Part shown: in pieces, positions 1 through 9,816 of the stretch | Numbering within the stretch: the first letter of the stretch is position 1 | Layout of the letters: each line of letters opens with the position of its first letter | Source of the DNA: a bacterium | GTDB lineage: Bacteria > JAHJDO01 | Direction of reading: 5' to 3' | Assembly: GCA_043824255.1 (NCBI GenBank) | Contig: JBDRTG010000010.1 | Location: 1-37,833 of the forward strand | Length of the DNA stretch: 37,833 nt | The notes under the pieces: generated by a model | What the model was told of the DNA's origin: nothing | Database searches by the model: none | What the model saw: only the letters and a program-made list of their open reading frames with translations | Program-made: the position numbers and the translations under genes

Positions 1-48
1 ACGCTTTAATTCCCTTTGACTCGCCATGATTATGTCCCTTTCTGCCAT
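1..48 (-). CDS. Transposase N-terminus (partial), ISNCY/IS1202-like
   Basis: Translates as MAERDIIMASQRELKR, resembling N-termini of this transposase group. It has a strong RBS and sits inside the terminal repeats. Confidence 0.7.
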   Translation of the reverse strand, partial: MAERDIIMASQRELKR

Positions 49-139
49 AATACCCTCCTCTCAAATCGGGTATTATAGCTTCCTTAAAAGCGGACATTTC
101 TATTTTGGCTAATTAGGACATTATCATTTTGGTATTACA
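1..139 (-). mobile_element. Left end of an ISNCY/IS1202-like (IS481-related, TGT...ACA) insertion sequence; the rest lies outside the window
   Basis: The minus strand reads TGTAATACCAAAATGATAATGTCC, a second repeat TAATTAGCCAAAATAGAAATGTCC (GGACA at 92 and 116, 24-bp period), TATAAT (72-77), RBS GAGGAGG, then ATG at 48. Confidence 0.8.
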
Positions 140-158
140 AAAAAGAGTGCATATTCTA

Positions 159-187
159 TTGACATTATACGGACTTGGCATTATCTT
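159..187 (+). promoter_or_regulatory. sigma70-type promoter of the aminotransferase
   Basis: TTGACA-17 nt-TATCTT; the same spacing is kept in the second copy at 10047-10075. Confidence 0.7.
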
Positions 188-213
188 ATTTACTGAGTCT
201 AAGGGAGAGAATT

Positions 214-1443
214 ATGAATTCATATATCAAACCGGCTGAGAGGACAAAAGACATTAAATATGCTGTTAGGGATATTATACTAATAGCTGAAAAGGCAGCC
301 TCTCAGGGCAGAAAGATGCTTTATCTTAATATAGGCGATCCAATAAAATTTGATTTTAAAACGCCGCGTCATATTATTGAGGCTACATATAATGCAATGA
401 AGAAGGGATTTACCGGATATTCTCCATCGTCTGGAATTGATGAAGCAATTGAATCTGTTAAGAATGAAGCGCATAGAAAGGGAATAGAAAATATTCAGGA
501 CATATTTATCGCAAACGGAGGAAGCGAAGCTATTGAAATAGCATTAACAAGTCTTGTGAATCCTGATGAAAATGTATTAGTGCCTTCACCCGGCTATCCA
601 TTGTACACAGCAGTGCTGACAAAGCTTGGCGCAGGAATTAATCCATATTACCTGGATGAGGAGAATGACTGGCAGCCTGATATTAATGATATAAAAAGAA
701 AAATAGATAAAAATACAAGAGCCATTATTATTATAAACCCTAATAATCCAACAGGCGCAGTTTATACAAGGGAAACCCTTACTCAAATTGTTGATCTTGC
801 TCTTGAGCATAAGCTCGTAATATTTTCCGATGAAATATATGACAAACTTGTTTTTGATGCTGAGAAGCATATCTCCACCGCTTGTGTCTCAAAGGAGGCA
901 TCTGTCCTTACTTTTGGGGGACTTTCAAAGTCATACCTTTCCCCAGGACTGCGTATTGGATGGTGTGTTGTAAGCGGCAAAGAGGAAAATTTGGGAGACT
1001 ATTACACGGCTATGCAGAAACTAACACGTGCAAGACTTTGCGCAAATCACCCTGAACAATACGCAATAAAGCCAGCTTTAGAAGGAGATCAATCACATAT
1101 AAAAGAAGCAAATGCAAAGCTTAAACGAAGGGCAGATATTACGTACCAAATGCTCAATGCTATTCCAAGCGTCAGGTGCGTAAAACCAAGGGGAGCCTTT
1201 TATGCATTTCCTAAAATAGATGTGCCTGTATCAGACCAGAAATTTGTTTCTGATTTAATCTATGAAACAGGCGTTGTTGTTGTCCCAGGCGCAGGATTCG
1301 GACAAAAGCCGGAAACAAAACACTTCAGAATTGTTTTCTTGCCAGAAGAAGATATCTTAAAACAGGCCTATGCGAAAATCAGGCGATTCATGACTAGGCA
1401 TGAATCGCAACCGTATAATCATCAGGGGCGCTCGCTAGCATAA
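214..1443 (+). CDS. alaA: PLP-dependent class I/II aminotransferase, AlaA-like (alanine/glutamate-pyruvate)
   Basis: Motifs [41 protein letters not shown] and PRGAFYAF. Start moved to ATG 214 after AGGGAG. The symbol is a family-level call. Confidence 0.85.
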   Translation: MNSYIKPAERTKDIKYAVRDIILIAEKAASQGRKMLYLNIGDPIKFDFKTPRHIIEATYNAMKKGFTGYSPSSGIDEAIESVKNEAHRKGIENIQDIFIANGGSEAIEIALTSLVNPDENVLVPSPGYPLYTAVLTKLGAGINPYYLDEENDWQPDINDIKRKIDKNTRAIIIINPNNPTGAVYTRETLTQIVDLALEHKLVIFSDEIYDKLVFDAEKHISTACVSKEASVLTFGGLSKSYLSPGLRIGWCVVSGKEENLGDYYTAMQKLTRARLCANHPEQYAIKPALEGDQSHIKEANAKLKRRADITYQMLNAIPSVRCVKPRGAFYAFPKIDVPVSDQKFVSDLIYETGVVVVPGAGFGQKPETKHFRIVFLPEEDILKQAYAKIRRFMTRHESQPYNHQGRSLA

Positions 1444-1581
1444 TCTTAAGAACACAGATCTGGAAATACCCAGAAACAAGCTTGTTGTTATTACCGGTCT
1501 TAGTGGTTCAGGAAAATCCTTTCTGGCTTTTGACACTATAATATGCAGAAGGACAGAGAAAGCCTGTCTTCTTATGCATGG
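1400..1581 (+). pseudogene. uvrA: Decayed copy of the uvrA 5' end (about 60 codons, including Walker A)
   Basis: Aligns to 18565-18756 and reads [45 protein letters not shown]. It carries CAG>TAG, a +1 insertion and an 11-nt deletion between AGAA repeats. Confidence 0.95.
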
Positions 1582-1604
1582 AATTAACAAAAAGAAAAAA
1601 ATGC

Positions 1605-1633
1605 TTGACATTGGTAATAAGATAGTTTAAGAT
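1605..1633 (+). promoter_or_regulatory. sigma70-type promoter of the GntR/LacI-prepilin cluster
   Basis: TTGACA-17 nt-TAAGAT. Confidence 0.7.
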
Positions 1634-1644
1634 AAACAATGGAG

Positions 1645-1661
1645 TAGTGGATAAACCACTA
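1645..1661. promoter_or_regulatory. Palindromic operator, probably for the adjacent GntR-family regulator
   Basis: TAGTGG-ATAAA-CCACTA between the -10 box and the start codon. Confidence 0.5.
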
Positions 1662-1662
1662 G

Positions 1663-2766
1663 ATGTATATGTATATTAAAAGACCAGAACCAATATATAA
1701 AAAAATAAAGCGCATTCTAAAGGCAAAAATAGAAAAAGGCCAGTTTAAACCTGGGGATAAGTTACCATCAGAACGAGTCTTGTCAGAAGAATGCGGAGTG
1801 AACAGACTCACTGTTAATAAAGCTGTCTCTGAGCTGGCGCAGGAGGGACTTATACACCGGCTTTGTGGGAAAGGAACTTTCGTTACAGGTTTGGCAAAAA
1901 AAATTGGAATTAAAAAGGGAAATAATAAGAAAAAAGAAATACTGTTTCTCGTACCCCAAAATGCCCGCATTGATTTTTTTACTGGTCCAATCCTCGAGGC
2001 GGTTCGTGATAAACTTAATAGCCATGGTAAATATTCCTTAGGTGTAAATTTCTTCCAGAGTGAAGGAAGAATAGAATTGGAAAGTTTTGTGAATGAAAGG
2101 GTAAGTGGCATAATCGTTCTTGCTCTAAAGTTCAGCGAATATACATTACCAGAGAGTATCAAGCAGATTCCTATTCCAATAGTCTTTACCAGTAGCCATG
2201 AAGATATCCCTGTGGATTATGTTGCTTTTGACAATACAGGTGGCGCTATCAGGGCTGTTGAGTATCTTATTTCCTTAGGACATGAAAAAATCGCATTTCT
2301 GGCCGGTCCAAAAGACAATATATCTGCAAATGAAAGATTACTTGGCTATGAAAATGCACTAGCAAAACATGGATTAGAAAATAACAGAACAATCATAGAA
2401 GGCGATTGGGATGAAGAAAATGGTTACAAACGAATGAAAAAATTGCTGATGCGTGCTCCAAGACCGACAGCCATTTTTACCGCCAGTGATAGTATTGCTG
2501 CGGGAGCAATAAAAGCAATCCATGAATCTCATATTAAAGTTCCTGATGACATATCTGTAGTTGGATTTGGAGACTTTCCCGTAGCAAAGTATATTGTCCC
2601 TGGTCTAACAACTGTAAGCTTACCCCTAGAAGAAATGGGAAAGTCATTGATAGAACTACTCATTTTTAGAATGAAAGGAGGTGAAAACAGGGTAGGCAAA
2701 AGGATTAAAAAGAAATTAAAAACTAAACTTGTTGTCAGAAAATCGGCAGGAGATTGTAAATATTAA
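1663..2766 (+). CDS. GntR-HTH / LacI-type sugar-binding transcriptional regulator (AraR-like architecture)
   Basis: N-terminal GntR wHTH ([11 protein letters not shown]...TVNKA...GKGTFV); C-terminal periplasmic-binding-fold motifs ([34 protein letters not shown]). Confidence 0.9.
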   Translation: MYMYIKRPEPIYKKIKRILKAKIEKGQFKPGDKLPSERVLSEECGVNRLTVNKAVSELAQEGLIHRLCGKGTFVTGLAKKIGIKKGNNKKKEILFLVPQNARIDFFTGPILEAVRDKLNSHGKYSLGVNFFQSEGRIELESFVNERVSGIIVLALKFSEYTLPESIKQIPIPIVFTSSHEDIPVDYVAFDNTGGAIRAVEYLISLGHEKIAFLAGPKDNISANERLLGYENALAKHGLENNRTIIEGDWDEENGYKRMKKLLMRAPRPTAIFTASDSIAAGAIKAIHESHIKVPDDISVVGFGDFPVAKYIVPGLTTVSLPLEEMGKSLIELLIFRMKGGENRVGKRIKKKLKTKLVVRKSAGDCKY

Positions 2767-2797
2767 TAAAACAGAAATTAAGGAGGTTGTGAGAAAA

Positions 2798-3436
2798 ATG
2801 GCCATTAGAGAGAGAATCAGTTACAGCAATAGTCATAGAATCTTGCAGAAAATACATGGTTTCACGCTTATGGAGCTTTTGGTCGTTATAGCCATCATAG
2901 CCCTGCTTGCATCAATGCTCCTGCCTGCGCTGTCAAAAGCAAGAGGAATGGCGAGAAGTATAAAGTGTGTCAGCAATTTGAGGCAGTTAGCATTGGCAAC
3001 TACGATGTACGCTGGTGATTGGGAAGGGTATTTTCCTCGGTATGGGGTTGCGGATCCTTCCAGAACAGTTCTCTACCCTTACTTTAGGGACTATAGCCTT
3101 ATGCATTGTCCCTCTCGCAAACCAGGGAATGCCATAAATTACTATTATAACAAGGCTATAAATGACAACGACGGCACAATTTATTACTTAGGAACAGAGT
3201 CCAAGGTGGTAAAACCATCCGATACCATATTGATGGGAGAGATGAGTAATGGCACTTTTGGGGGGGCTGGCACAGACTATTTCTATGTAGGTTCTGCAAA
3301 AACAAATGACTCTCCAGATTACTATCAATACTTTAAGCATAGTGGTCGCATCAATTTGTCTTTTGTTGATGGCCATGTCGAATCACTTAGTCAAGATGAT
3401 ATGGCTGCTTTTGCTGGTATGACAGGAGTGCGGTAA
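2798..3436 (+). CDS. Prepilin-type N-methylation protein with C-terminal H-X9-DG motif (DUF1559-like)
   Basis: [36 protein letters not shown], and [17 protein letters not shown] 2798 follows AGGAGG. Confidence 0.9.
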   Translation: MAIRERISYSNSHRILQKIHGFTLMELLVVIAIIALLASMLLPALSKARGMARSIKCVSNLRQLALATTMYAGDWEGYFPRYGVADPSRTVLYPYFRDYSLMHCPSRKPGNAINYYYNKAINDNDGTIYYLGTESKVVKPSDTILMGEMSNGTFGGAGTDYFYVGSAKTNDSPDYYQYFKHSGRINLSFVDGHVESLSQDDMAAFAGMTGVR

Positions 3437-3644
3437 AAAGAGCCGAAAGGGGAGAAGACAATAAAGACTCCTGCAAAATAGGGAAATAGTGGAAGACAGG
3501 TAGGGAAACTGAGGGTAAAAAAGATAAAAATGCCAACAGAAGATAGAAAAGAAAGAATAAAAAGATTTTTAGAAAAAATTAGGCAATTTAAGACGTAGCT
3601 CGACTGTTATAGAATAAATTGTTCTTTGAAAATTAGTGTGTGTG

Positions 3645-3881
3645 TCAGGCAGCTCTGGGCAAGATAGAATGGTTAGCAAAGGTGCGATAGCATCTAATCT
3701 TCTCAGGCTGCTTTAGGAGCAAAGCAGCAGCAGAGGCGACCAAGCTCAAGGAGAGATGAGCGATGGTCATCTGGTTCTGGACAGAGCGTAGTCTGTAATG
3801 AGTAGTTTGTTCGGCTTCTCTGTCTCCCAGACGAGCAAAGTATCGTTCAACTTCAGTGCGAAGTTGGAATAAGTGAGACAT
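3645..3881 (-). pseudogene. C-terminal fragment of a DDE transposase (IS4/IS5/IS1182-like)
   Basis: RTEVERYFARL matches the R..VER.F..L motif around the third DDE residue. GC is higher than the flanks, and weak imperfect end repeats lie near 3593 and 3900. Confidence 0.6.
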
Positions 3882-3934
3882 TCAGTTTATAAATTACGCT
3901 CTGGCAAAATAGAGAGTCAAAAAGGAGAATAAAA

Positions 3935-6334
3935 ATGTTTTGTAAAAGAATAAGAGTTTATATAGGAAGTCTTATACTGATAGTTTTATCCAGCATCTTT
4001 TTTGCTTCTCCACTTTCGGCAAAAGTTCTTTATAAGGGGAGAATAGAAAAAGAAGGTAGTAAAATAAATCTCGCCTGGCGATATGTGAATGTAGATTATT
4101 TTGGAGTGCCCACGATAACAACTTTTAAAGATGCCCAGGGGAATGAGATATCTGCAGCGGTTATGAATCTGGATGTAAAAAACCCCGTCTTTTTCCTTCA
4201 TCTTATATACTTCGGTGAACCAAAAGTAACTAAGGATATGTATGTTTATCTTGAATATAAGTTTGAAGGGGTGAAAAAAGAGCCTGATTTGTTAATTCAA
4301 TTAAAAACTATGAATCGGGAAGGTGAAGCAAAAAAAAAGCTGGGTTATTCCCGGGGTAACTTTTTAGTTAGCGAACCAATGAAAAAAGATGGCTGGAGCT
4401 GGATGTATGCAGAGATTGACCTGATTAAATTAGGAGCTGAATTGGGAGACGTCCTGTACCGAGTAGTGGTTTTTCCTAAAATAGACGATAGTCGTCGGGA
4501 AGGACAACTACTGTTCAGGGAAATAAGCATCTGTGAAGGCCCTATTTTTAGTAAAAGTAGTGCTAAAGCCGAGGAGGAAAATACATTGGAGTATAAGATT
4601 AAAAAAGGTAAAAAGATTCTGGCTATTATGCCTAAAACTCTATGGGCTACCGATCCAGAATGCCAGTTTTCTATGGAAGCTATGCGTGAGGTATATAAAA
4701 ATGGTTACAATGTGTTAGGCTACAATTTGACTGGGCCTTCTGCCCTTCCGGAAACGTGGAGTCGCCGTTGCGAGAGCTATGAGAAGATGGGTAAAAGGGT
4801 TATGAAATTTCCTGGCCTGAGCACCTATCCTATGATAAAAACGTGTTATGGAGTACCAGAAGGATTCCCTTATAGAAAGATGGTCTGGTACACTGGCTAT
4901 GAACAGGATCTGCCCTGTCCGGTTGATGAAAAATACTGGCAGGAAAGAATGATACCTTATTTTTTGGACTACGCCAAACTTTCTAAAAAGATTCCTATCT
5001 TCGCCATACAAGTAGATTGGGAGTATTATGGAAAAATGAAAAAATTCAGGAATGTTTATACCACATGCTATTGCGACGGCTGCTGGGCCTATTTTCAGCG
5101 TCGCTCAAAGGTTAAAGTACCACAAATAGCAAAGGAAAAGAGGAATGGGTGGCTGAGGGAGCATAACTTAGATGGAAAATATCAGCAAATCTTTTTTTCT
5201 CATACAAAGACATTAGCCGAGCAACTGCGGAAAGCCGTAGATGAGATTAATCCTGAACTTTCTTTCTGGTTTATTCCCTGGGCTGGATCCGGCGGACCAT
5301 TTTTACAGCCGCTTGCCATCGGGTTATCTTCCCGAAAAGCTCCTATAGTGGTAAGTAATGAAGGTACTTATGGAAAGGTAGACGGTATTTCTGATGACGC
5401 GGGGATAGAAAGTAATGTCAATACCTGTCTTCAAGACCAAGCGACACTGGATAAACTGAACATTCCCTATTTATATCTTGCTGCTACATATAGTGGCTTG
5501 GGGAGTCCAGAATATCATGGTCGAGCAGCAATCAGAATGGCTGAGGTATCTGATGGTCTCTGGTTCTTTGAAGACGTATATCCTTATAGAGGCGAAAATG
5601 CAATCAGCCGGAAGGATTTATGGCGGGCTTATGGTCACGCCAATCTGGAAATCAACTATGGCACCTATGAGGAACTGGAACAATGGAAGACCAAAGAAAA
5701 GGTAGATAGTCCTGATATCCCCGCCGGGAAAATAGGTGTTGGTCTTTCTGGTACAGGTAGTAACATTTTGCCATCGAGGGAAGATTTATATTCGTATGAT
5801 ATAAAGAGTGTAAGTGCTGAAGGAGTGAAGGGATCCAGTGTAAGTGCTGAAGGAGTGAAGGGATCCAGGTTGTTGATACTTCAGAACTTTAATGTAGCCA
5901 TTACTGCTGATAATCCGGTATGCGTATTCTTGAGGAAATTTGTTGAAGAAGGTGGAAGACTCTTTTTAACTCATGATACGGGTTACTTCATGGCCAGCCC
6001 TTTCCCTGAAATTGTAGAGGGATATTTAATACCTGAAGAAATCGGAGACCCACGACATATTTTAGATACAGCGATAAATATTGAAAAAAATTCTAAAATT
6101 GTCCCTTCTTTCTCTGGTAAAACCTATGAGACCAGTTTTAATGACCATCTGGTTTTTAAAGCAGGTCCGGAAGGTAAAGTTATTGCTCAAGATACATATG
6201 GTTATCCGGTAATTATTGCCGGTAAATATGGTAAAGGCAAGGTAATATTCTCTGGCTGTTGGTATGGACGGATGAAAGAAGACACTACAGAGGCTGATTT
6301 TACCAGACTGCTTATCAATTGGCTTTTAGAATAA
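3935..6334 (+). CDS. Secreted putative glycoside hydrolase (TIM-barrel with CYCxxC motif, C-terminal GATase1/ThuA-like domain)
   Basis: Signal peptide ending ASPLSA; DWEYY...CYCDGC (GH42-like Cys motif); C-terminal LRKFVEEGGRLFLTH and YGKGKVIF. Confidence 0.6.
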   Translation: MFCKRIRVYIGSLILIVLSSIFFASPLSAKVLYKGRIEKEGSKINLAWRYVNVDYFGVPTITTFKDAQGNEISAAVMNLDVKNPVFFLHLIYFGEPKVTKDMYVYLEYKFEGVKKEPDLLIQLKTMNREGEAKKKLGYSRGNFLVSEPMKKDGWSWMYAEIDLIKLGAELGDVLYRVVVFPKIDDSRREGQLLFREISICEGPIFSKSSAKAEEENTLEYKIKKGKKILAIMPKTLWATDPECQFSMEAMREVYKNGYNVLGYNLTGPSALPETWSRRCESYEKMGKRVMKFPGLSTYPMIKTCYGVPEGFPYRKMVWYTGYEQDLPCPVDEKYWQERMIPYFLDYAKLSKKIPIFAIQVDWEYYGKMKKFRNVYTTCYCDGCWAYFQRRSKVKVPQIAKEKRNGWLREHNLDGKYQQIFFSHTKTLAEQLRKAVDEINPELSFWFIPWAGSGGPFLQPLAIGLSSRKAPIVVSNEGTYGKVDGISDDAGIESNVNTCLQDQATLDKLNIPYLYLAATYSGLGSPEYHGRAAIRMAEVSDGLWFFEDVYPYRGENAISRKDLWRAYGHANLEINYGTYEELEQWKTKEKVDSPDIPAGKIGVGLSGTGSNILPSREDLYSYDIKSVSAEGVKGSSVSAEGVKGSRLLILQNFNVAITADNPVCVFLRKFVEEGGRLFLTHDTGYFMASPFPEIVEGYLIPEEIGDPRHILDTAINIEKNSKIVPSFSGKTYETSFNDHLVFKAGPEGKVIAQDTYGYPVIIAGKYGKGKVIFSGCWYGRMKEDTTEADFTRLLINWLLE
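5807..5866 (+). repeat. Perfect in-frame 30-bp tandem duplication
   Basis: AGTGTAAGTGCTGAAGGAGTGAAGGGATCC twice (SVSAEGVKGS twice). Confidence 0.97.
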
Positions 6335-6339
6335 GAGAG

Positions 6340-6561
6340 CTTCACAGACAGCGAGTAGATTTATACTGGGGTCAATGGCGAGGAATAGGCTGGTGAGAGA
6401 GAGGTATAGGTTAAGATTAAGATTGACGATGAAATTTATCCATGGCACTCTGGGGGCTGTAACATAGCTTTTTGCGATGGCCATGTAGAGTGTGGATGCT
6501 GTATGAAGAAGCAATAGGTGATAAGACCTACTGGCAACAGGAAGGCATGGCTAGTCCTTAA
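6340..6561 (+). pseudogene. 3' remnant of a second H-X9-DG prepilin-type gene
   Basis: Reads DEIYPWHSGGCNIAFCDGHVE, then a +2 frameshift, then WMLYEEAIGDKTYWQQEGMASP*. The upstream frame has stops. The 5' boundary is approximate. Confidence 0.85.
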
Positions 6562-6576
6562 AAAATGGAGGGTAAG

Positions 6577-9500
6577 ATGAGAAAAGGTATAGTTGTTGGG
6601 TTGGTTGTTTTGGCTGTTTGTTTAATGGGAGCTTTTCTGTTTTTTTCATCTTTACTTTGGGCAGAGGAGGAAATTCACTGGTTTGAAGCAGAGGAATTCA
6701 AGGGAAATGGAACAATAGTCAAAGACAGCACTGCTAGTGGCGGTGCCTGTGTAGAAGGCAAGACCAACATTTGTTTTATAATGAATGTACCTTACCCTCA
6801 GAAGCAAAAGAAATATAATGTCTGGGCTAGACTGCAGAGTGATGTGCCTGCGTCATGGTACCTCCTTAACAGAGAAACGAAAAAAGTAGTTAGCTGGCAC
6901 AAGACCGAAGAACCTGAAAAATGGATATGGGTAAGGCTGGGGGTATGGTCGGCTTCACAAGTGGCGAATGGTAAGACATTCTGGTCCGTTTATCTACAGA
7001 ATCCTGTAAATTATAAGGAAATTCCCACTGCTTATGGGAAGGCAGATGTGTTGGTTGTGACAGATATCAATGATCCTGCTATTCTTGATAAGTATTTAGA
7101 AAGGAGGAAGAATTTCATGATTAAGAGCCAGGAACAGGAAGTGGATCTGGTGAAATTGGCGCAATTGCAGAACCTCAAACAATTAACAGACTGTACTTTC
7201 GTATCTGAGGCGCCTGTACTGGATGGTCAATTAAACGACTCAGCATGGAAGAAAACACAAGTGTTATCGGATTTTCTTCTTATGCAAAGAAAAGGATTAG
7301 CTAAAGAACAAACCCGAGTTAGATTAGCATATGATAAGAAAAATCTATATATTGCAGCAGAATTGATGGAAAGACAGATTCAACTGATTCGCAAAACTAA
7401 AACCATGCGTAATGATAATGTTTGGTTAGATGATTGTTTAGAAATATTTCTTGATGTAGGATTTACAGGTGAAGAGTATTACCATTTCATTGTTAACGCG
7501 TTAGGTGCTCAAGAGGATAATCTTCATAAATGGGCAGATAGGGCCGACATAAGGGAGGGAGATTGGCGTACAGCGTGTTCTATTCTATCTGACCGTTGGG
7601 TAGCAGAGATTGTAATTCCATTTTCTTTACTGAGCAGAGCTACTCCCAAGAATGGTGAAATCTGGGGGTTAAATATTTGTCGCGAAGAGAGACCCCTTTC
7701 AGAACTTAGTTCCTGGAACCAATATCCGACAGGAAGTTTTCATAACGTAAATGCATTTGGTCTATTGAGTTTTGGAACGAAACCAATTTCTTTAGAAGGT
7801 ATAAACATACAGAAAGAAAAAAGTAAAACCTTAGTTCTACTGAAAAATAATACTGCCTCTGAACAAAATGTACATCTGGATTATAAGATTATTCATGATG
7901 AGAGAAAAATATTCTCTCGGACAGAAAAAGTAAGTTTGGCTAAGAAGTCAAGCAAAAGTACAGAATTTTCATTAGAAACCAAGGGTCCTGGCACTTACCA
8001 GGTACATTTTTTTGTTTCTGACGATAAAAACAAACCTTACTATGATTTCAATATATCATTTAAAACTTACTCAGAATCTCTTATTTCCGCGGCTTACCCA
8101 TCCGAGTATACAGAGAACAAGTTATATTTTGCCAGAAATACAACTCAACATACTGCTTTCATCCTGGCTAACCATTCCAAGGCTACAGTCAACAACCCTA
8201 AACTTTGTATTTCTGTTCCCCAGGGAATAGAAATATTGGACCCAAGCGATTCGCTACATACAGGTTCTGGTCTGTATTATCCTGTAACCCAGATGGAAAC
8301 TAAAATGGAGTCAAAGAAAGGTAAACCCTATCGGAAATATATTTTTTCACTGGGTAGAGCCATTGCTCCATGTCATATAGAAAAACAACGATTCTTTCAA
8401 GGGGTACTGATTTTTTTTAAGATAGTTGGCTCTGTTCCTGATAAGTTCCCTATATACTACTACCTGGAAGGTGGGAAAGAGAAGGAAGAAGAAAAGTCTT
8501 TTCAAGTAGAAGTTCTTGCTCCAGCTAAAGGGAAACAGCCTGCAGAGATTGTTATTGAAATGAGTTGTTGGACAATAAACCCTGGACTCCATACCTTCCC
8601 TGCAGTATTGGATACCTATAAACAAATCGGGTTTAATTCCGTGGACCCCTTTATAGCTGTACGTAGCCCGGAACTTATGGCAGAAGTAAAGAAACGGGGA
8701 TTCGACACAGTTCGTATAATGTGGTGGTTTTGGTGGTATGATGCTTACCTGAACGAGCATCCAGACTCTGCAGCTGTGAATTATGCTGGCAAGAAAGATA
8801 AGAGAAAATTATGTCCCACATTACTTATTGAAAACGATGGGAAACTTCTCATTCAGAGTTTAGATTCACGGTTTGATGCAATAAAGAATAAGGGTATACG
8901 AGGAATAGATTGGGATTTAGAAGGTCCGTCATGCTGGGATGTATGTTTTTGTCCCAGATGTATTAAATCCTTCCGTAAATTCGCAGAAATTCCTGATAAA
9001 ACTCCACTTGACCCTAAGGAAATAAGAAAAAAATACTCACGAAAATGGATAGAGTTTTGTTGTGGCCAATCTACTGAGATGGCAAGACTTATTACAGCCC
9101 ATATTAGATCAATCAACAAAAAAGCAACCTTTGGTGTTTATTCTGGAGTGCCGGGTCTGACCACCATGGAAAATTACCGTGTGAATTGGGATGAAATAGT
9201 AAAGGTTATGGATATTGCATATCCCACAGGATACGGCGCTAAACCTGAATTTTTAGCCACTGGATTCAAACAGATGGTGAAAAAGTACAAGCAAATGAAT
9301 CCAAACCTGGATGTTCACATTACATTAGCTGCAGGATGGGACAGACCCCTGCAGGTGGTTGGTTCCCCAAAACTAGCAAAAATGCAGATACTTCGGAGTA
9401 TTGCCTCTGGAGCAGATGGAATACATTGGTGGTATTGGGGACCCTTAGACGGTCGCTATTATCAGAAATTTGCTGAAGCTACTACCATTATCAGCGGACT

Positions 9501-9816
9501 TGAACCATTTTTCATTAAAGGAAAAGAAAGGGATAACCTTATTTCTTTAAACAATCCTTACGGGAAAGGTATATCTTTTGCCGGTTTCCAGTTGAATGAT
9601 TGTCAGCTGATTATGTTTTTTAATCACAGCTCTGCCAAAAAGAGGGATTTATCCTTTTCTCTTCTAGATGTGGCCAAGGGAAGCACCGGCTATTCTTACC
9701 CGGAATTAAAAGAATTTAATCTCAATAAAAAGATAACCTTAAGTATTGACCCTTTAGAAGTGAGTAGTTTTATTGTTGGTCCTAAGGGTGAGATTAATAA
9801 ATTGCTTCAAGATTAA
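6577..9816 (+). CDS. Secreted multidomain carbohydrate-active protein: CBM-like, CBM9/DOMON-like and putative GH TIM-barrel
   Basis: Signal peptide; WFEAEEF; PVLDGQLNDSAW, VRLAYDKKNLYIA, DDCLEIFLD and WVAEIVIPFS (CBM9-like); DWDLEGP..CFCPRC. Confidence 0.7.
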   Translation: MRKGIVVGLVVLAVCLMGAFLFFSSLLWAEEEIHWFEAEEFKGNGTIVKDSTASGGACVEGKTNICFIMNVPYPQKQKKYNVWARLQSDVPASWYLLNRETKKVVSWHKTEEPEKWIWVRLGVWSASQVANGKTFWSVYLQNPVNYKEIPTAYGKADVLVVTDINDPAILDKYLERRKNFMIKSQEQEVDLVKLAQLQNLKQLTDCTFVSEAPVLDGQLNDSAWKKTQVLSDFLLMQRKGLAKEQTRVRLAYDKKNLYIAAELMERQIQLIRKTKTMRNDNVWLDDCLEIFLDVGFTGEEYYHFIVNALGAQEDNLHKWADRADIREGDWRTACSILSDRWVAEIVIPFSLLSRATPKNGEIWGLNICREERPLSELSSWNQYPTGSFHNVNAFGLLSFGTKPISLEGINIQKEKSKTLVLLKNNTASEQNVHLDYKIIHDERKIFSRTEKVSLAKKSSKSTEFSLETKGPGTYQVHFFVSDDKNKPYYDFNISFKTYSESLISAAYPSEYTENKLYFARNTTQHTAFILANHSKATVNNPKLCISVPQGIEILDPSDSLHTGSGLYYPVTQMETKMESKKGKPYRKYIFSLGRAIAPCHIEKQRFFQGVLIFFKIVGSVPDKFPIYYYLEGGKEKEEEKSFQVEVLAPAKGKQPAEIVIEMSCWTINPGLHTFPAVLDTYKQIGFNSVDPFIAVRSPELMAEVKKRGFDTVRIMWWFWWYDAYLNEHPDSAAVNYAGKKDKRKLCPTLLIENDGKLLIQSLDSRFDAIKNKGIRGIDWDLEGPSCWDVCFCPRCIKSFRKFAEIPDKTPLDPKEIRKKYSRKWIEFCCGQSTEMARLITAHIRSINKKATFGVYSGVPGLTTMENYRVNWDEIVKVMDIAYPTGYGAKPEFLATGFKQMVKKYKQMNPNLDVHITLAAGWDRPLQVVGSPKLAKMQILRSIASGADGIHWWYWGPLDGRYYQKFAEATTIISGLEPFFIKGKERDNLISLNNPYGKGISFAGFQLNDCQLIMFFNHSSAKKRDLSFSLLDVAKGSTGYSYPELKEFNLNKKITLSIDPLEVSSFIVGPKGEINKLLQD

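Noticed and set aside
140..195. Possible dif/Xer site as the IS1202 target
   Set aside because: No convincing 11-6-11 XerC/XerD arms; the conservation is explained by the sigma70 promoter.
175..213. TTG-start N-terminal extension of the aminotransferase
   Set aside because: It overlaps the -10 box; the RBS supports ATG 214.
3437..3592. Purine-rich spacer reading KKIKMPTEDRKERIKRFLEKI, faintly like the UvrA inter-domain linker
   Set aside because: Needs several frameshifts, has low nucleotide identity to the local uvrA, and is low complexity.
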